Assembly (NCBI GenBank): GCA_021325595.1
Contig: JAJPGX010000001.1
Location: forward strand, 47,491-79,490
DNA: 32,000 bases
From: Nitrososphaerota archaeon
GTDB taxonomy: Archaea > Thermoproteota > Nitrososphaeria > Nitrososphaerales > Nitrosopumilaceae
Direction: 5' to 3'
Shown here in pieces: positions 29,911 through 32,000 of this stretch; within the stretch, counting starts at the first letter, position 1, and each line of letters begins with the position of its first letter. The notes below the pieces were generated by a model. The model was not told the DNA's origin and did no database searches. It saw nothing but the letters and a program-made list of their open reading frames with translations. The position numbers were made by a program, and so were the translations under genes.

Positions 29911-30819
29911 TTAGGAATGATTTTTCCTTTTATGATGAATTATGGCATATGTGATTCCTGATACAATAATTATGCCTATTGCGCTAATTATTGTATAATC
30001 TTCCTGCCAGACTGCAACTAATGTTTCAGGCGAACTGACTAGGACATTTGCAGACTCTTGGCCTCCATGTCCTATGACCGCACCTTCCCATCCGACGAAA
30101 TTATGTTTTAAGATAAAATCATTGCCTGGTATTACTGATATTGTTATAATACTTCCATCATCATACCATCCACTTCCAATTGGACGGCCAAAATTTGATA
30201 CGACGTTTATGAAATATTGATTTTTGTATTCAAAATTAATCTTATGAATGTCATTTGTATTGATGTTATGTAGCGTGTAAAATCCGGTCTCATTTCTTAA
30301 TATGACGTTTGTATAGGAATTGTCTGTCGACCATCCAATCAACTGCTGACGAACATTTTCTTGATTTGATTGTATGACATAAGGAACTTCTATGGATGTA
30401 ACAGAATAATTGTCAAACCAATTATCATAAGTGGGAGATGCAGGAAAAAATCTGTATACATTAGTGCCTGTTATGTATATTGGATGCTGTACAATGGAAT
30501 GGAAAACTATCTGGTGATCTAAAGTTGTTGTTACTTGTAACTCTAGCGTATCATTGCCTCTTGATATTGGTATGACTGGTCCATCATCAATAGAATATGA
30601 GTCTAGACTAGATCTGCTGGAATTATCTTGATCCCAGATTTTATTTTGAAAAATCTTTTGAGTATCATTGTTTGTTAAAGGAATGATAAATGATTTTGTA
30701 GGGTCATTTGCAAATATTATCTTTAATGTGTGGTTAGAATTAGCAGCATAAACTTGTTCTGTAGATGTGGGTAAAACAACTATTACTGTTAAAAAAATAA
30801 AAACCTTGAACAATTTCAT
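29911..30819 (-). CDS. secreted surface protein with InlB-B-repeat-like domain and C-terminal TM anchor
   Basis: I prefer ATG 30819 (MKLFKVFIFLTVIVVLPTSTEQVYA/AN). YFINVVSNFGRPIGSGWYDDGSIITISVIPGNDFILKHNFVGWEGAV...VLVSSPETLVAVW fits the divergent InlB B-repeat pattern. TM followed by HHKRKNHS. Confidence 0.65.
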   Translation of the reverse strand: MKLFKVFIFLTVIVVLPTSTEQVYAANSNHTLKIIFANDPTKSFIIPLTNNDTQKIFQNKIWDQDNSSRSSLDSYSIDDGPVIPISRGNDTLELQVTTTLDHQIVFHSIVQHPIYITGTNVYRFFPASPTYDNWFDNYSVTSIEVPYVIQSNQENVRQQLIGWSTDNSYTNVILRNETGFYTLHNINTNDIHKINFEYKNQYFINVVSNFGRPIGSGWYDDGSIITISVIPGNDFILKHNFVGWEGAVIGHGGQESANVLVSSPETLVAVWQEDYTIISAIGIIIVSGITYAIIHHKRKNHS

Positions 30820-30924
30820 CTTGGTTTGATCAAGCACAAATATTCTCCATATGACTCATTCCTATACCTTGTGGGAAGATCATTGCTAGCAAAAGTCAAA
30901 TATATCCAGTGTTGATGGTGTTTT

Positions 30925-31428
30925 ATGCGAATGCTCGCTTCTGTTGTTTTGATCCTCATTCTAAGTATCAGCATAACAACAGTTTATGCTCAAACCACTC
31001 AACAATTTGAGGTAAAGGATCCATCTGGAACTCAATCATATCAAGTAAACTATGGCATAAGTGGGGCAACTGTCCAAAATATATCAATTAATCAGAATGA
31101 TGCTTCCCTCATAGTTGATATGACGTCTACAGATGGTGGCACCCTTACAATGTCTATGCCCAGAGCTCTAATTGATGCTAAATCTGGTAGTTCTGATGAT
31201 CAGTTTATTGTGTTAGTAGACGGGGCTGATTCTGATTTTAATGAAACCCAAACTACAACTAGCGACAGAACAATTACAGTAGATTTTCCAGCAGGCACTG
31301 AACAAATCGAAATCATAGGAACGCAAGTAGTTCCAGAGTTTGGAGGACTCTCGTTTGCCATCTTAGCAATAGCCGTAATCTCTATAGTTGTATTTTCAAC
31401 TAAAAGTAGGTTAAAGTTTAGAATTTGA
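30925..31428 (+). CDS. PEFG-CTERM surface protein (putative archaeosortase-type sorting signal)
   Basis: Signal peptide ...ITTVYA/QT. The C-terminus IEIIGTQVVPEFGGLSFAILAIAVISIVVFSTKSRLKFRI has the PEFG motif, a TM helix and a basic tail, as in the thaumarchaeal PEFG-CTERM family I recall from TIGRFAMs. Confidence 0.75.
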   Translation: MRMLASVVLILILSISITTVYAQTTQQFEVKDPSGTQSYQVNYGISGATVQNISINQNDASLIVDMTSTDGGTLTMSMPRALIDAKSGSSDDQFIVLVDGADSDFNETQTTTSDRTITVDFPAGTEQIEIIGTQVVPEFGGLSFAILAIAVISIVVFSTKSRLKFRI

Positions 31429-31479
31429 TCTGTACTGATTTTAAATTTTTTTTATCTGTGCCTATCTTTGAAGTTATGA

Positions 31480-32000
31480 TTACTTGCCAAAATCAGAAAG
31501 CGCATCTTGGGCATCTCTTTCACCATTTTGTATGAGACTTTTTATGGTGTCTAAGGAAAAGTCTGCATCCTCTAAGAGAAAATGACTTTCTTCCTGTCTT
31601 TTTATTCTGACAATTTCTTTTATTATGGCACCGCGTTCTGATACTATCTTTTTGTATTCTGTTTCCAACTGTTGAAATCTTTGTTTGCCCTTGTCGTCAA
31701 GATTAGAATTTTCTAAAATATCGTGCATCTCTTTTATGATCTTGAGATATCTTGAAGTAATCTTTGACATTCGTACTGCATGATCTGTTTTATCAGTATG
31801 CATTATGTCCCGTGCGCGATGCCATGACTCTAACATATTTTGTGGTAGTTCTTCCTGATTATGCGGAAATAAATCTGCGATAATTACACGTTTATCGCAT
31901 GTTGGTGATGAATCTATGACTTCACGTAATGGGGTATTACTAAGCAAAGTGCCATCCCAGAGATATCTGCCAGATATTTTTGTCCACGAAATTCCATAGA
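31480..32000 (-). CDS. patatin-like phospholipase, C-terminal part (5' end beyond the window)
   Basis: The reading frame stays open upstream of the ORF-track TTG to position 32000 (...YGISWTKISGRYLWDGTLLSNTPLREV). WDGTLLSNTPL is the catalytic-Asp DG[GA] motif. It is followed by a DUF3734-like WHRARDIMHTDKT region. Confidence 0.75.
   Translation of the reverse strand, partial: YGISWTKISGRYLWDGTLLSNTPLREVIDSSPTCDKRVIIADLFPHNQEELPQNMLESWHRARDIMHTDKTDHAVRMSKITSRYLKIIKEMHDILENSNLDDKGKQRFQQLETEYKKIVSERGAIIKEIVRIKRQEESHFLLEDADFSLDTIKSLIQNGERDAQDALSDFGK

Noticed and set aside
1-32000. Scan for tRNA, rRNA, CRISPR repeats, IS elements, integrases and defence-system hallmark genes
   Set aside because: I found no cloverleaf-like GC-rich segments, no regularly spaced direct repeats, and no transposase, integrase, nuclease or helicase signatures in any frame.

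Overview
AT-rich, gene-dense archaeal chromosomal segment with about 47 supportable CDS. I recognised no rRNA, tRNA, CRISPR array, transposase or integrase. The gene content is: a membrane-anchored cupredoxin, a PEFG-CTERM protein, a DUF106/EMC3-like protein, many Ser/Thr- and sequon-rich surface proteins, and TATA-like boxes 23-32 nt upstream of start codons with almost no Shine-Dalgarno motifs. This points to an ammonia-oxidising thaumarchaeon (Nitrosopumilales-like); that assignment is inference, since no search was run. Roughly one third of the genes encode secreted or membrane-anchored surface proteins (cupredoxin, PQQ-type beta-propeller dehydrogenase, PepSY-like, CARDB-like, PKD-like, FN3, InlB-B-repeat-like, PEFG-CTERM). 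These are interspersed with small wHTH/RHH/ArsR/Lrp regulators and a paralogous family of ~120-aa Roadblock/LC7-like proteins. The most interesting candidates are: (1) a translationally coupled MacB-type ABC ATPase / 687-aa Ig-repeat surface protein / FtsX permease operon preceded by a perfect 22-bp palindrome and a wHTH gene; (2) a shared, apparently unnamed C-terminal anchor motif (GW.VG...SG.GIW...R) on the cupredoxin and on a neighbouring minimal 73-aa protein; (3) the repeated Roadblock-like and RHH-plus-His-triad regulator paralogs; (4) a duplicated WIKNNAKWWADGTITD module carrying a 50-nt perfect DNA repeat; (5) an Lrp / Zn-ribbon methyltransferase / membrane protein unit convergent with an HD-GNAT-like fusion, next to a HIT/AN1-type cross-brace zinc finger. 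All family assignments come from motifs read by eye and need HMM or structure confirmation.
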